DNA of 64,000 nt from Heteronotia binoei (Eukaryota), in the NCBI RefSeq assembly GCF_032191835.1, contig NC_083243.1:190712001-190776000 (forward strand), written 5' to 3'. A program made the translations under genes and the position numbers. Positions 26,726-38,248 of this stretch are shown piece by piece (within the stretch, counting starts at the first letter, position 1; each line of letters begins with the position of its first letter). The notes beneath the pieces were generated by a model. That model made no database searches, was not told the DNA's origin, and saw only the letters and a program-made list of their open reading frames with translations.

Positions 26726-26949
26726 CTGTAAATGAAGTAAATAAATAAACTGCAATCTTAGATAACACACCTACTAAGAGATCCAGGCTTCCTTTAGAAA
26801 GCACAAGTAAAGATTCATGAATATTGTGGAAGGATTCTTTTGTGTCAGAACTCTTGAGCTCTAATTGATGAGCCCAGTATTACCATGAAGTAACAACTTG
26901 AACAGCAGCTTTGATAACAGCACTCTGACATGCAGAAATAACCACACAC

Positions 26950-27082
26950 CTGAAGTTTCCAGAGGAAATCAAGCCTCGCTGTTGATTCCACCTGCTGAGC
27001 ATGGAGGTAGACTGCCAAGACAAACACTGTGATGACGACGGGAGTCAGAATTTTCAGGGCCACCCTGGGCACACCTGTCGGA
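26950..27082 (-). CDS. ADCY5: ADCY5 exon 17 (last TM helix of M2, start of C2)
   Basis: tttctctgttcccgtgtag acceptor and gtgtgt donor. (C)[44 protein letters not shown]. 133 nt, phase 2-0. Confidence 0.95.
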
Positions 27083-27970
27083 CTACACGGGAACAGAGAA
27101 AGCACATCAACTGTGAATATTCACTCAGCTACAGCCATGCATTCTATACAATGCGAGCAGCTTGCAAGTGTTTGTCTTGCAACAACTATAACAAAGGGAT
27201 AAGATCGGGTGGACAGTAAAATTCACCTCCCCGTTACTTCTATTTGACAAATCAATTAAATTTCTCTTTGGTGCTTTTGCATTTGATCCAGCCGGGCCAT
27301 TAAAATGCAAGCGATCCCTTTGTGTGTATCTTTTCAATTTTACAGTGACTATAGGAAGGGTCATGTAAAGCAAGGAATACCTGTCAAGCATGATGAAATT
27401 CCATTGATAACTGATTGTTGTAGGGTCCTTCATAACACTGGTCTGTGAAGTATCATGGAGGACCCAGCTTTGCTAGCTTTGTTTTTATTTTCCCTCCCCC
27501 TTCCTGCTTTATTGCTTACAAAGTAGAAGTAGTGAGAAATAAAACTAACTTGAGAAGAAGTAATCAGCACCTCCCCATACATTCCTGGAAGGGAGTGCGA
27601 CACATCTGGGGAAAGCAAGGACAGAGTCCTGATAACATTATGGGAATGTAGACATTTATGATAGTTTATGTGTGAGAGCTATCCCTCTCCCCCACCCTTT
27701 GGAATCCTTTTGAAGTAAGCCTTAAAAGTATTGTATCAATGTATTGGCAGTATCACTCTCAAGAATCTGTTACACTGAAAGTATCGGTTTATCAATAAAC
27801 GTAGTTTTGTATCAGCTTCAACTCGTCATTGAAACCGCATGCTTGACAGTACCAAGACAGAAGACTAAACACAGTTAATGCATTCAGTCTCCATGAGCAC
27901 AAGACCAAGAATAAGACACTCTTTCCCCTCAGGCCTGGCATTGTTCAGTGTTATTAATGGTGGAAAGTGG

Positions 27971-28183
27971 TGTCAAGTCACAGTTGACATGCGGTGATCC
28001 TAAAGGGTTTTCAAAGCAAGAGACATTCAGAGATGGTTTGCCATTGCCCGCCTCCAAATCACAGCACTGGTATTTCTTGGGGATCTCCCATCCAAATACT
28101 AGCCAGGGCCGACCCTGCTAAGCTTCCAAGTTCTGATGAGATTGAGCTAGCCTGGACTATCCATGTCAGAGCACATTTTTCAG
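27971..28183 (-). mobile_element. 5S rRNA-derived SINE with Bov-B/Sauria-type tail
   Basis: Reverse strand ctcaatctcatcagaacttggaagcttagcagggtcggccctggctagtatttggatgggagatcc aligns to 5S rRNA, followed by ggcaatggcaaacc...gaaaaccc...gtgacttg. Confidence 0.85.
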
Positions 28184-28329
28184 TTCCTATTACAATTAAG
28201 GCACTATTGGTACTGACACCGACTGCTGTTAACACTTGTGGTTGGAAGCTGGTTTCAAATCGTGGTTTTATTGCAGTTCTCCTTAACATTAACCATGATT
28301 AACAACTGTTCACAATAGATATCTAATTC

Positions 28330-28509
28330 CAGGAAGGGGGGCGTTGTAGCAGGAACTCCTTTGCATATTAGGCTATCCCCCCCCCTGATGTAGCCAAAAG
28401 CTTACAGTAGGGCCCGGCAAGAAGAGCCCTGTAAATTCTTGGAGGATTGGCTACATCAGGAGAGTGTAGCCTAATATGCAAAGAAGTTCCTGCTACAAAA
28501 AATGCCCTG
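28330..28509. mobile_element. Palindromic hAT MITE, about 180 bp
   Basis: Inverted arms tgtagcaggaactcctttgcatattaggcta and tagcctaatatgcaaagaagttcctgctaca. TSD tctaattc / cctaattc (7/8). Confidence 0.9.
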
Positions 28510-28575
28510 CCTAATTCCCAACATGCAGATTTTTAAAAATCCATATGATGGGGAACTGGGCTGATGTTTTTGCAC

Positions 28576-29072
28576 TAGGGATGGGCCTGAACCGGGAAAA
28601 TGGTGGTTCATTGGAGGTTAATGGTTTTCATAAACCCCAAACCTACAGTGAATTCCACTGAACGAACTGGTTAGTGGTTCATAAGGTTCAGGAGTTCAGC
28701 CCCATCCCCACTGAGCTTTGAAGGCATTTAAAGGCTGGCCTGACTGAGCTCCAAGAATGAGCTCCAAAGGCCTTTATAGTCGAACTTGACTGAACTCTCA
28801 AGAGTGAATTCTGAAGGCTTTTATAGCCCTTATATGGCCACCTGGAAGTGAGCTCTGAAGGCCTATAAAGGAGCTCACTTCCGGTCAGCCATCAAAGGCA
28901 TTTAAATGTTTTTGGAGCCCACATGAACCCTGCCCGAACCTCACAAATGTCCTTGGAGACCTCTGGAATGTTCATGGGAGCCATGTTCTCCCAAACCCCT
29001 GCTTCAGAAACCACAAACCGGTTCAATTTGTGCTCAAACCAGGGTTTATTTGTGGGCTCATGCCCATCCCTA
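28576..29072. mobile_element. hAT MITE with TAGGGATGGGC TIRs
   Basis: TIRs tagggatgggcctga and tcatgcccatcccta. TSD ttttgcac / ttttgcaa (7/8). Confidence 0.9.
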
Positions 29073-29909
29073 TTTTGCAAACCTAAGGGAATCTCCAAAT
29101 TTGTAGAAAAAATCTAAAAGGTGACAGGAAGGATTTAAGGGGGGAGGGGTTTAAACTACCACTAAAATTGTTTTTGAATGTGAAGCTACTGCAATAGGAA
29201 ACAATTACACATTTGTGCAACATTTTGGATTGCTGAGGCAACCAAAAAGGTACTTGGCTTTTGTGGTGGGTCACATGGTCTATCCTAGCCTCCACTACGG
29301 AACTTTACAGAAGAGAGAAGGGCGGTAGTGCCCTTAGTAATGGGTCTGGAAGCTAGCGAAGTACTTGCTGAGGTCATGGCTGTAGCATCAAAGTTGTGCG
29401 CAACTCCGCTGAGGCAGCCCCCCTCTACCACCATAGGAAGCTCTACTGCTGGCCAGCTCTAAGTACCCCCATCAGCTGGCTGGCCTGGGTAAGTGAGTGG
29501 GCAGAAAGCAGGGAGAGGCCATGGGAACTCTGAGGGCGGGGGGGAAGGAGAAACAGGATGGAAAGTGTCAGCTGAGGAAACAGAAGACAAGTATGTGGGA
29601 GGAAGGGAAAGGAGAAACAAGCCAGTAAAGAGAAGCAGGAACCAAAGCAAACTGGGAAGAGGGAGAAAAGAAGAGGCAAACAGCAAACCAAAGAGTGAGT
29701 CCCCCACTTTTCGGTGGTATGGGGTCCCTCATCTGCAATCTTTAACAAGCGAATGGAGATTTCCATTTCACAAAGAAGAAATGAGGAAGCGGATACCCAC
29801 CCCAGGTGCCTAAACTGGTTAAAGAACTGGCCTAAGAAAATCAATTATTGAATGTAACTGGCATTTTAACAGGCAACTTCAAGCTCCCTTCTCTCCACCA
29901 GGAACTCAC

Positions 29910-29942
29910 CACATTCCATTCCATGTCCCATTTGAAAATGAA
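29910..29942 (-). CDS. ADCY5: ADCY5 exon 16, 33-nt microexon
   Basis: tgtgtttttgttattacag|TTCATTTTCAAATGGGACATGGAATGGAATGTG|gtgagt. Phase 2-2 exactly bridges exon 15 (ends AT) and exon 17 (starts T). Encodes (I)SFSNGTWNGM(C) and keeps the NGT sequon and Cys of the mammalian counterpart as I recall it. Confidence 0.88.
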
Positions 29943-30119
29943 CTGTAATAACAAAAACACAGATTTTAGATAATTTATACAGACTTTTAAAATATACCTT
30001 TTCAAATAATTTGCCATTTTCTCCCTCCCCCTTAAATGGTTAATATTGTTCTATAATTCTTCCTAGCCTTAGAGTGCAAGTTATGAGCCAGAAATATCCC
30101 TAGTTCAGATCACAGTCAC

Positions 30120-30592
30120 TAAGAACATAAAAGAAGCCATGTTGGATCAGGCCAATGGCTCATCAAGTCCAACACTCTGTGTCACATAGTGGTCAAAAAA
30201 ATTATACACACACACACACATATATACACTGTGGCTAATAGCCACTGATGGACCTCTGCTCCATATTTCTATCTAACCCCTTCTTGAAGCTGGCTATGCT
30301 TGTAGACGCCACCACCTCCTGTGGCAGTGAATTCCACATGTTCATCACCCTTTGGGTGAAGAAGTACTTCCTTTTATCCATTTTAACCCGACTGCTCAGC
30401 AATTTCATTGAATGCCCACAAGTTCTTGTATTGTGAGAAAGGGAGAAAAGGACTTCTTTCTCTGCTTTCTCCATCCCATGCATAATCTTGTAAACCTCTA
30501 TCATGTCACCCCGCAGTTGACGTTTCTCCAAGCTAAAGAGCCCCAAGCGTTTCAACCTTTCTTCATAGGGAAAGTGTTCCAACCCTTTAATC
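30120..30592 (-). mobile_element. 5'-truncated CR1 LINE
   Basis: IKGLEHFPYEERLKRLGLFSLEKRQLRGDMIEVYKIMHG...SISGY* plus the CR1 3' UTR; same family as 19764-22555. Confidence 0.95.
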
Positions 30593-30825
30593 TGACTTCC
30601 TTTCAATGGGGACTTTTTTGAGATGTGATTTAGATTACAGTTTAAACACACATCTTTCAATGAAAGTTCCATGGAATCCATAATGCATAAATACATTTAT
30701 GTTTGGTGTAATATGTAATAGCTCAGTAATACTATCAGTACAGTTTTTCAGCTTGAACGCTCTGTGGCACTACTGCCTTTGCCAAAGCATTTCCTCTGTT
30801 TACATTAGTACTCTATTGTTTTTTA

Positions 30826-30910
30826 GCCTCAGGCCTCCTGTCTCTAATATGGAGATAATAATACTAATCTACCTTATTGTTGTAAGCATTATTGGAATTT
30901 GCATGTGAAG
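30826..30910 (+). mobile_element. Ancient MIR/CORE-SINE remnant
   Basis: cctcaggcctcctgtctctaatatggagataataatactaatctacctta resembles the CORE motif cctcagtttcctcatctgtaaaatggggataataata. Confidence 0.55.
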
Positions 30911-31225
30911 CAATTCAACACTCAAAATCTATTATATTAATGCTTTTTTATTATTAATATCTGCAACGTATTTCCCTTCTTTATCAGTCAGTTCACTTTC
31001 CATTCCTGCATCAAATGCCAATCAATCTTATTTCCCCTACTGGTATAGAACTACTTATTTTAAGGCAAAACCATGGTCATGATTTATTGTACCATGATAC
31101 CGATTTAAAAAAAAATGGTATCTACAAGTCAACGCCTTTCATAGCGCCATGTGCTCTGGATCTCACATATGAAGGCCACTCCTTTAGTTTTAAATAAGTT
31201 AACCAGAAGTTAGGGCACAGACACT

Positions 31226-31490
31226 TACCGTTTTCGCACACAGCTTACCTCGCAGTCACAATCCTGTTCCCTCCGCAGCGTCTGTCGGATTCCCCACCAT
31301 CTGCGCTGGAGTTACAGGAAGTGACGCGGCTTTTGTGTAGCAAACGTAGACTGGGTTTTAGCGGTTTATGTTGGCTACGCAAAAGCTGCGGCACTTCCTG
31401 TAACTTCGGCGCAGATGGTGGGGAATCCGACCAGACGCTGCGGAGGGAACAGGATTGTGACTGCGAGGTAAGTTGTGTGCGAAAACGGTC
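31226..31490. mobile_element. Palindromic MITE, 265 bp, 3-bp TSD (ACT); same family as 21001-21266
   Basis: Ends (t)accgttttcgcaca and tgtgcgaaaacggtc. act at 31223-31225 and 31491-31493. Confidence 0.93.
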
Positions 31491-33171
31491 ACTAATGAAC
31501 GTGTGCACTGAAGCCCTCCTGCATTGAAGCAAGACAAGAATAGAAGCAATGGAAGGCTTATGACTTCATAGCTAGTGCCTCAAAAAATCTGACTTCCTTT
31601 TAATTGGGACTTTTTTGAGATGTGATTTAGATTACAGTTTAAACACACATCTTTCAATGAAAGTTCCATGGAATCCATAATGCATAAATACATTTATGTT
31701 TGGTGTTATATGTAATAGCTCAGTAATACTATCAGTACAGTTTTTCAGCTTGAACACTATGTGGCACTACTGCCTTTGCCAAAGCATTTCCTCTGGCATT
31801 CTAGTGTAAAAACAGGATGGTCAATTCTATCTTTCAGTTTTGTTTTATCTGAAGAAAGGCAGTGGGGAAAATTCTGGAAACAGCCGAACTGGACTACTTG
31901 TCCCAGTTGATAACTGGGAAATCTAAAGAAGAAGCAAGAAAACATTGGGTAAAATTATGTTTGGCTAGACGCTCAAGATTTTTAAGATTCTTTGGTGTGA
32001 ACGTATATCTCTTATTTCCTGTATTTTGCATTACAATATCATTTATATTGAAAATAGAAGTTTAAATAGACATTTTAAAAGAAGACTTACAATCACTAAA
32101 ACGTACTATTTAGATGCTGATGATTTAATCTAAAGAGATAACAATATGTGATAATATCTGTATCCTAAGAAAGCATATTGCATGCAGATTAGATTATAAT
32201 AACATTGATACTTGTAACTCTATTTTTCTGTTTCCATACTATCCGCTCCCTTTATCTTTCTGGAAAACCAATAAAAACTTTTAAACTAAAGAAAGGCAAT
32301 ACTGTTTTATTCTCTGCTGTGAGCCGCCCTGAGCCATTTTTATGGGAAGGGCAGGATACAAATAATAGAATAAATAAATAAATAAAATGATCTGGGTTTA
32401 GCCTAAAGTACCTAAAGAAAGCTGAATGCTTAGGTTGACTACCACAAACTTACCCTGTCTGGATATAAAGATCTCATCCAGTTATAATACAGGCATGACT
32501 TTTTCATGTTTAACAGTACAGTCTTAAACACAATTACACCCTTCTAAACCCATTGGCTTCAGTGGCCTTAGAAAGATGAAATTCTGTTTAGGATTGTACT
32601 GTCAAAATTACATTAGGCTGCACCATCCTGAGCTTTACCTTTCACAGACCAGCATGCTGGGTGAACTTGTATACAGAAGTGAAAAATTAACATCTTTATA
32701 ACTTTCTAGCTAGTGTGCATAACTATGCAGAGAGTAATTGTCTGGATAGAAGCCTAATTCAATTCAATTGATATAAGATAGTGTTATTTGCATCTGGTTG
32801 AGAAAATGGATATACTTAGATTGCGGCTGATTGCATATCTGCAAAAGTGTTCCCACAAACAAATAAATGATTCAGCATGTTGTGAATCCTACCTGGAGCT
32901 CTCAGGGTAAACAAAAACAATTTCATGAGTGGCAAGAGCAGCCCAGACCCATACCTACGGGGGGGGGGGGTGGGGAGGCCAGGCCCCACAAATCATCCCC
33001 CGTTTTACCTTTCTGCCCCCTCCACTGTTGCTTGCTGCCATTGCTATCCTGCCACCTTCCCCGCTCTCCTGCAGCTTTCTTGCTCATAAACACACTGGTG
33101 TGCACACACTCTTGGAGTACCACCATGATGGCTCAACAGGGCAGCAGGCTGCTCAGGTTTTTTTTAAGTTT

Positions 33172-33450
33172 GAGAGCCAGTTTGGTGTAGTGGTTAAGTG
33201 CGCAGACTCTTATCTGGGAGACCCGGGTTTGATTCCCCACTCCTCCACTTGCACTGCTGGAATGGCCTTGGGTCAGCCATAGCTCTGGCAGAGGTTGTCC
33301 TTGAAAAGGCAGCTGCTGGGAGAGCCCTCCCAGCCCCACCCACCTCACAGGGTGTCTGTTGTGGGGGAGGAAGGGAAAGGAGATTGTAAACCGCTCTGAG
33401 TCTCTGATTCAGAAAGAAGGGCGGGGTATAAATCTAAAGTCTTCTTCTTC
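33172..33450 (+). mobile_element. tRNA-derived SINE (family A)
   Basis: gagagccagtttggtgtagtggttaag...gggtttgattcccc...ggcggggtataaat followed by (ctt)n. Confidence 0.92.
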
Positions 33451-35139
33451 ATTTTGTGCCCCACAGCCCGGACACCTAAAATTTTATTCCCTGGGCCCCT
33501 CTGTCTAAAATTTTCTGTCTATGGGCCTGGTGCAGCCCCTGAATTTCTTTCCAGGAAAAACCTGCTTATTTACTCCACCTTGTTACTGATATCTTGATTG
33601 AGAGTTGATGCAAATGGCTGGTTTTTAAGAGCTCTATTTCAACTTGCTCTCAATTTATCAAAATCCTTAAAATATATTTTATTTTCAATTTATTTCTTTA
33701 AATGGCTGCCTCTAATTTGCCATCAGTTTTCTCTCACACAATGTGAAGAATACACTCTTGAGCAGATTACCAGCAAAACGATAAAAATTGATAAGGGTGT
33801 GGCTGGAGTTCAAGAGGAAAGCAATTTCACTTTCTCAATTACGTCAGCAACATCGCTGAAGCGCTTCTTGTTTGAATGGAATGCTAGAAATCATTACAGA
33901 TACACCACCAGTAAACAGCGCAAACAGCTTCAATTGATTTAGAAGGATGTAACTCTGTTAAGGATTGTAGCAAAAATGTTGCTGATAATTATGAAAACAA
34001 GCTGAACTTCTGCTTTGAATTGATTTTAATGGAATACATGTGAACTCTCCTAGCTTTTGTTCTCACAAGCTCCAATCAAAGGGTCTAGATAACTTATACA
34101 ATCAAACTGTGACGTTTTTTGTCTCAATTCTTAGGTTACCAGCTGTAGAAATTGCTGTGGCACAGCTGTTTGCCTGCTACCCCAGATCACATTTAAAGGA
34201 AATGATCCAGTAATAGATCACCTGCTTTTGCCTGTAGAAGGTCCCAGATTTGATTCCTGACATCTCCAGCTAAAGGATCACAGGTAATAGGTGTTGGAAA
34301 AGGCTTTTTCCCTGTCTGAGATCCTAGGGAGCAGCTGTACATTGCAATACTGAGCTAGATGGACTGACAACGTTCAAATACAAAGGCAACTTTTTTGGTG
34401 TGTGTAAACAAATATTTCCCCAGTTTCTAAGACTCCAAGGTAGCCTTATCCTTGTATGTGATTTTCTCTCTCTCTCTTAAAGCCTCTGGGTTTTTGCTGG
34501 GTCAGATTCCTCAACTGTATGATCAGAGTCACCTTGGACAGCATACCTCTCCTGCCAACTGGTGTGGTGTTGGTGTTGGAGAAAAGACAGAGAGAGCTGA
34601 GCAGTGGAGATGCAGTGGCTTCCTTGTGGGACCCCAGATGTCTCACAATGGCTAGGACGCTTTGGAAAGCCTGTGTGGCTTTCCATGTTGTATTTGCTAG
34701 AGAGGACTCCTATGTTGTCTTGTAATGCTGTACAGCTGCAAATCTGGCATATAGTTTGCCTGAAAACGAGTAGATCTCATCAGATCTTAAATATGTTTTG
34801 GATATAAAATGCAAGATTCATATTTGTCATCAACCACTACTGGAGACAAGGGAACAGAACCTGGGTAACGGCAGGTAGAACTCTGTGCATATTCTTCCTC
34901 CATCTGGGAAGTAACCACTCTGCTCTTACAAGTGTTAATAATGCCACTGGTGACAATTAAATCCTGATGTTGATGAAAATGCTAATTGCTAGTGAGAGCA
35001 CATTACTGCCAGTGGGGTTTCCTCATTTCTACAGTTCTGCCATTGCCTGAGCATGCATTTTCATAAAACCAGCCATGTGACTAACGACTTCTCCCAGATG
35101 ACTGCAGAACATCAGACTGGCTCTGCATGTGGGATGCAG

Positions 35140-35780
35140 GCCCAGCGCTAGGGGTTCTGGTGCCCCAGGTCGAGCCCTGTGACCCTGCCCCCTTCTGTGT
35201 TCTTCCGGCGTGCACTTTGTGTGCGCAGCCCAACGATGCAACCTCTGAGCGAATGCTCAGCCCGGCCCTCTCCTGCTCCAAAGGGAGAAAGAAGGACGCA
35301 GCCTCTTCCCAGTTCCATTTGAAGTGGGAGAGGACTGGGCTGAGCGCCCGCGCAAAGCACGCAAGGCCTGATAACATTGTGACGTCATTGGGCCACACGC
35401 ACTTTGCTGGAGCGCTCAGCCTGGCCCTCTCCCGCTTCAAAGGGAGCCAGGAAGAGGCCACGTCCTTCTTTCTTGTGAACAAAGGGAGCCAGCAAGACAC
35501 GGCCTCTTGCTGGCTCCCTTTGAAGCGGGAGAGGGTCAGGCGAGGGGCGGGCCAAGCTGCGCATTCTTGAAGAAAGAATATGCGGCCCTGCCCCTCGCCC
35601 AGCCCTCTCCCACTTCAAAGGGAGCTGGCAAGAGGACATGTCCTTCTTTCTTGCATCTTTCCGGCTCCCTCTGAAGCAGGAGAGGGTCGGCCAAGGGACA
35701 TTTGGGTTGGCGGGGAGGGGAAGGGTGCCCCCATGGTGAAATGGCACCCCAGGTGGCCACCTCCTTCGCTGACTCCCACA
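35140..35780. mobile_element. GC-rich non-autonomous DNA-transposon-like repeat with internal ccctctcccgcttcaaaggga repeats
   Basis: CpG-rich island in an AT-rich intron, with several imperfect direct and inverted sub-repeats. Termini not resolved. Confidence 0.45.
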
Positions 35781-36723
35781 TGCTGGTTCTGGTGGGATGC
35801 CTACTCTTTCCTAGTCTTGGAAGGTTACCATGCTTTAAAGTGCTATGAAACCTGCATGCAGACAGCTTAGTTCTGCTTGGTGCCTACAAACTTTTGTGTG
35901 AGAGTCTTGGCCAGGATATGAGCACTGCTGAGCTGACTAGCTAGCTTCTTTCTTGAGCACAACCATTTCCACCCCTGGTTCCCTCTCAAAGCTTTAGATG
36001 TAGAGGGGATGTGAATCCACATGCATATTTAGGTGAGGTCTTCAAATCAAGATCTCACTCAGAAACAACCAAGAAAGGATCTTAATAATATACAGAGAAG
36101 ACTTGCTTGTGAACAACACTCAAGCACGAGGGCCTTCTTTTCCATACCACTGGTCACAGTTTTCACAAGCAGCAGATGAGGCAGCAAAACCTTGTTTCTC
36201 AGCTACCACATTTTACATCATGATCTTAATCTTGGCCTCGCCCCAAGGTTCTCAAAGGTTTCTGCCCTTCTTCATTTTAGCTTCACAATAACGTTTGGAA
36301 GTAGGCTAGGCTGAAGGGGAGAAAGGAAATGTTCCAAGGTCACCCACCATCCTTAGTAAAGTTGCCTACCTCCAGGTAGGGCCTGGAAGTTTCCTGGCAT
36401 TACAACTGATCCGTAGACTACAGAGATCATCTAACCTGGAGCAAATGGATGTGTTTGAGGGTGGAGTCTATGACATTGTACCCTACTGAGGTCTGAGCCC
36501 TCCCCAGGCTCCACACCTCCAAATTTCCCAGCCAGGAGTTGGCAGGCCCGGTGCTCTGTGACCAAAGGGGGATTTTGAACTCAGTCATAGTCTGACAATC
36601 TAACTACAGTTGCACACTGCAATCCTTTAGACAACAACGGGGGAGTTCATGTGACTGCATGTTTTTCCATGCAAAAGAAAATGATATGCCAGGGAAAACT
36701 TCTCAACACTGAGATTCCTATAA

Positions 36724-37148
36724 GATGAAGATAGAAGATATTGGATTTATATCCCGGCCTCCACTCCGAAGAGTCTCAGAGCGGCTCACAATCTCCTTTC
36801 CCTTCCTCCCCCACAACAGACACCCTGTGAGGTGGGTGGGGCTGGAGAGGGCTCTCACAGCAGCTACCGTTTCAAGGCTGGAGTCTCAGAGCGGCTCACA
36901 ATCTCCTTTACCTTCCTCCCCCGCAACAGACACCCTGTGAGGTGGGTGGGGCTGGAGAGGGCTCTCACAGCAGCTGCCCTTTCAAGGACAACCTCTGCCA
37001 GAGCTATGGCTGACCCAAGGCCATGCTAGCAGGTGCAAGTGGAGGAGTGGAGAATCAAACCCGGTTCTCCCAGATAAGAGTCTGCACACTTAACCACTAC
37101 ACCAAACTGGTTCTCCAACACCAAACTGGCTCTCCAACACCAAACTGG
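36724..37148 (-). mobile_element. tRNA-derived SINE (family A) with internal tandem duplication and reiterated 5' end
   Basis: About 110 nt is duplicated (36771-36877 and 36881-36987). acaccaaactgg recurs three times at 18-nt spacing (37098-37148). Confidence 0.9.
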
Positions 37149-37438
37149 AAGCATTTTGCTGTTTGGACCATCAATGAATCACGTGAACCCGCACTTCCCA
37201 TCAGAACTGATGAAGTCCAGAAAGACGTTTGGATCCAGTGGTATTTCAGGCTGCTGCAGAAAACTATACTCCATGGATCGAAGTCCTTGCGCCCACAGGA
37301 ACATCAGTCTGGATCCAACCTACAGATTTAATGTATAGTCTGCTGTTTGAAGCAGCTGGACTCCAGTCTTGGCCCCCCAGTCACCTGATGGATGAAATGG
37401 ACTGATAAGAGTTAAGGATACCTCCTCATATCCACTTA

Positions 37439-37615
<177 letters not shown>

Positions 37616-38021
37616 CTACATTGAGGAGATGGCGGGTGATGGGAGAGGACCAGGAGAAAGGAAAGAAAATAGGGGAAAAAATCAATAAGGGATAGCAAAT
37701 GCCAACTGAGCAGAGATGAAAAACATATTACAAAGCAAGAAGCCCAGTTACAAATGAGTACTCATCAGCTTCACTGGCCCTTAGAGTGAGGACGACGCAA
37801 GGACAAGCCTGCACAAATTCTGAGTCTACATGCCAAATGCCACACATGCACTTAATCTCACTGGGAGCTTATAAATCTGATTTTGCTGCCTGGCAGGGCC
37901 TGCAAAACGAGGAGCGGCATTATGCAGCTTAAGCAGACCACAGTCCATCGGTGGAGAGCTATATTCAGCTTGGTGAGTCACAGGGATTACTGCCTTCCTT
38001 TTGGTTCCATGAGCTCCATGA

Positions 38022-38248
38022 AAGGTTGCCAGCCTCTGGCGGGGAGGCTGGAGATCTTCCAGAATTACAACTGATCTCCAGGCTACAGAGGATTAGCTCC
38101 TCTAGAGAAAATGGCTGCGTTGGAAGGTGGACTGTATGACGTTATACCCCATTTAAGTCACACTCCTCCCCCAAAACTGCACTCTTCAAGCACCCCCCCC
38201 CCAAAAAAAAATATTCAGGAATTTCCTAAACTAGAATTGGCAACCCTA
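38022..38248. mobile_element. MITE of the TAGGGTTGCC-TIR family (degraded; relatives at 36358-36550, 45645-46154, 63281-63437)
   Basis: Ends aggttgcc and ggcaacccta, with a shared internal ttacaactgatc motif in some copies. Confidence 0.7.

Larger units (their letters stand above)
30589..31795. repeat. Dispersed direct duplication of about 210 bp (30589-30798 and 31586-31795)
   Basis: aatctgacttcc...gccaaagcatttcctctg is present twice, about 1 kb apart, with only a handful of differences. Confidence 0.95.

Noticed and set aside
27381-27410. Alternative 30-nt phase-compatible candidate for ADCY5 exon 16
   Set aside because: It has no polypyrimidine tract, a weak donor (gtattc), and the in-frame peptide YQWNFIMLD lacks the NGT/Cys features. 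The 29910-29942 exon fits far better.
36148-36190. Segment ending CAGTG|gtatgg resembling the end of mammalian exon 16
   Set aside because: It is 43 nt (frameshifting) and has a purine-rich acceptor context.
37207-37230. CTGATGA followed by agtc...gac, a possible second hammerhead
   Set aside because: There is no GAAA core after the putative stem II and no cleavage triplet or stem I.
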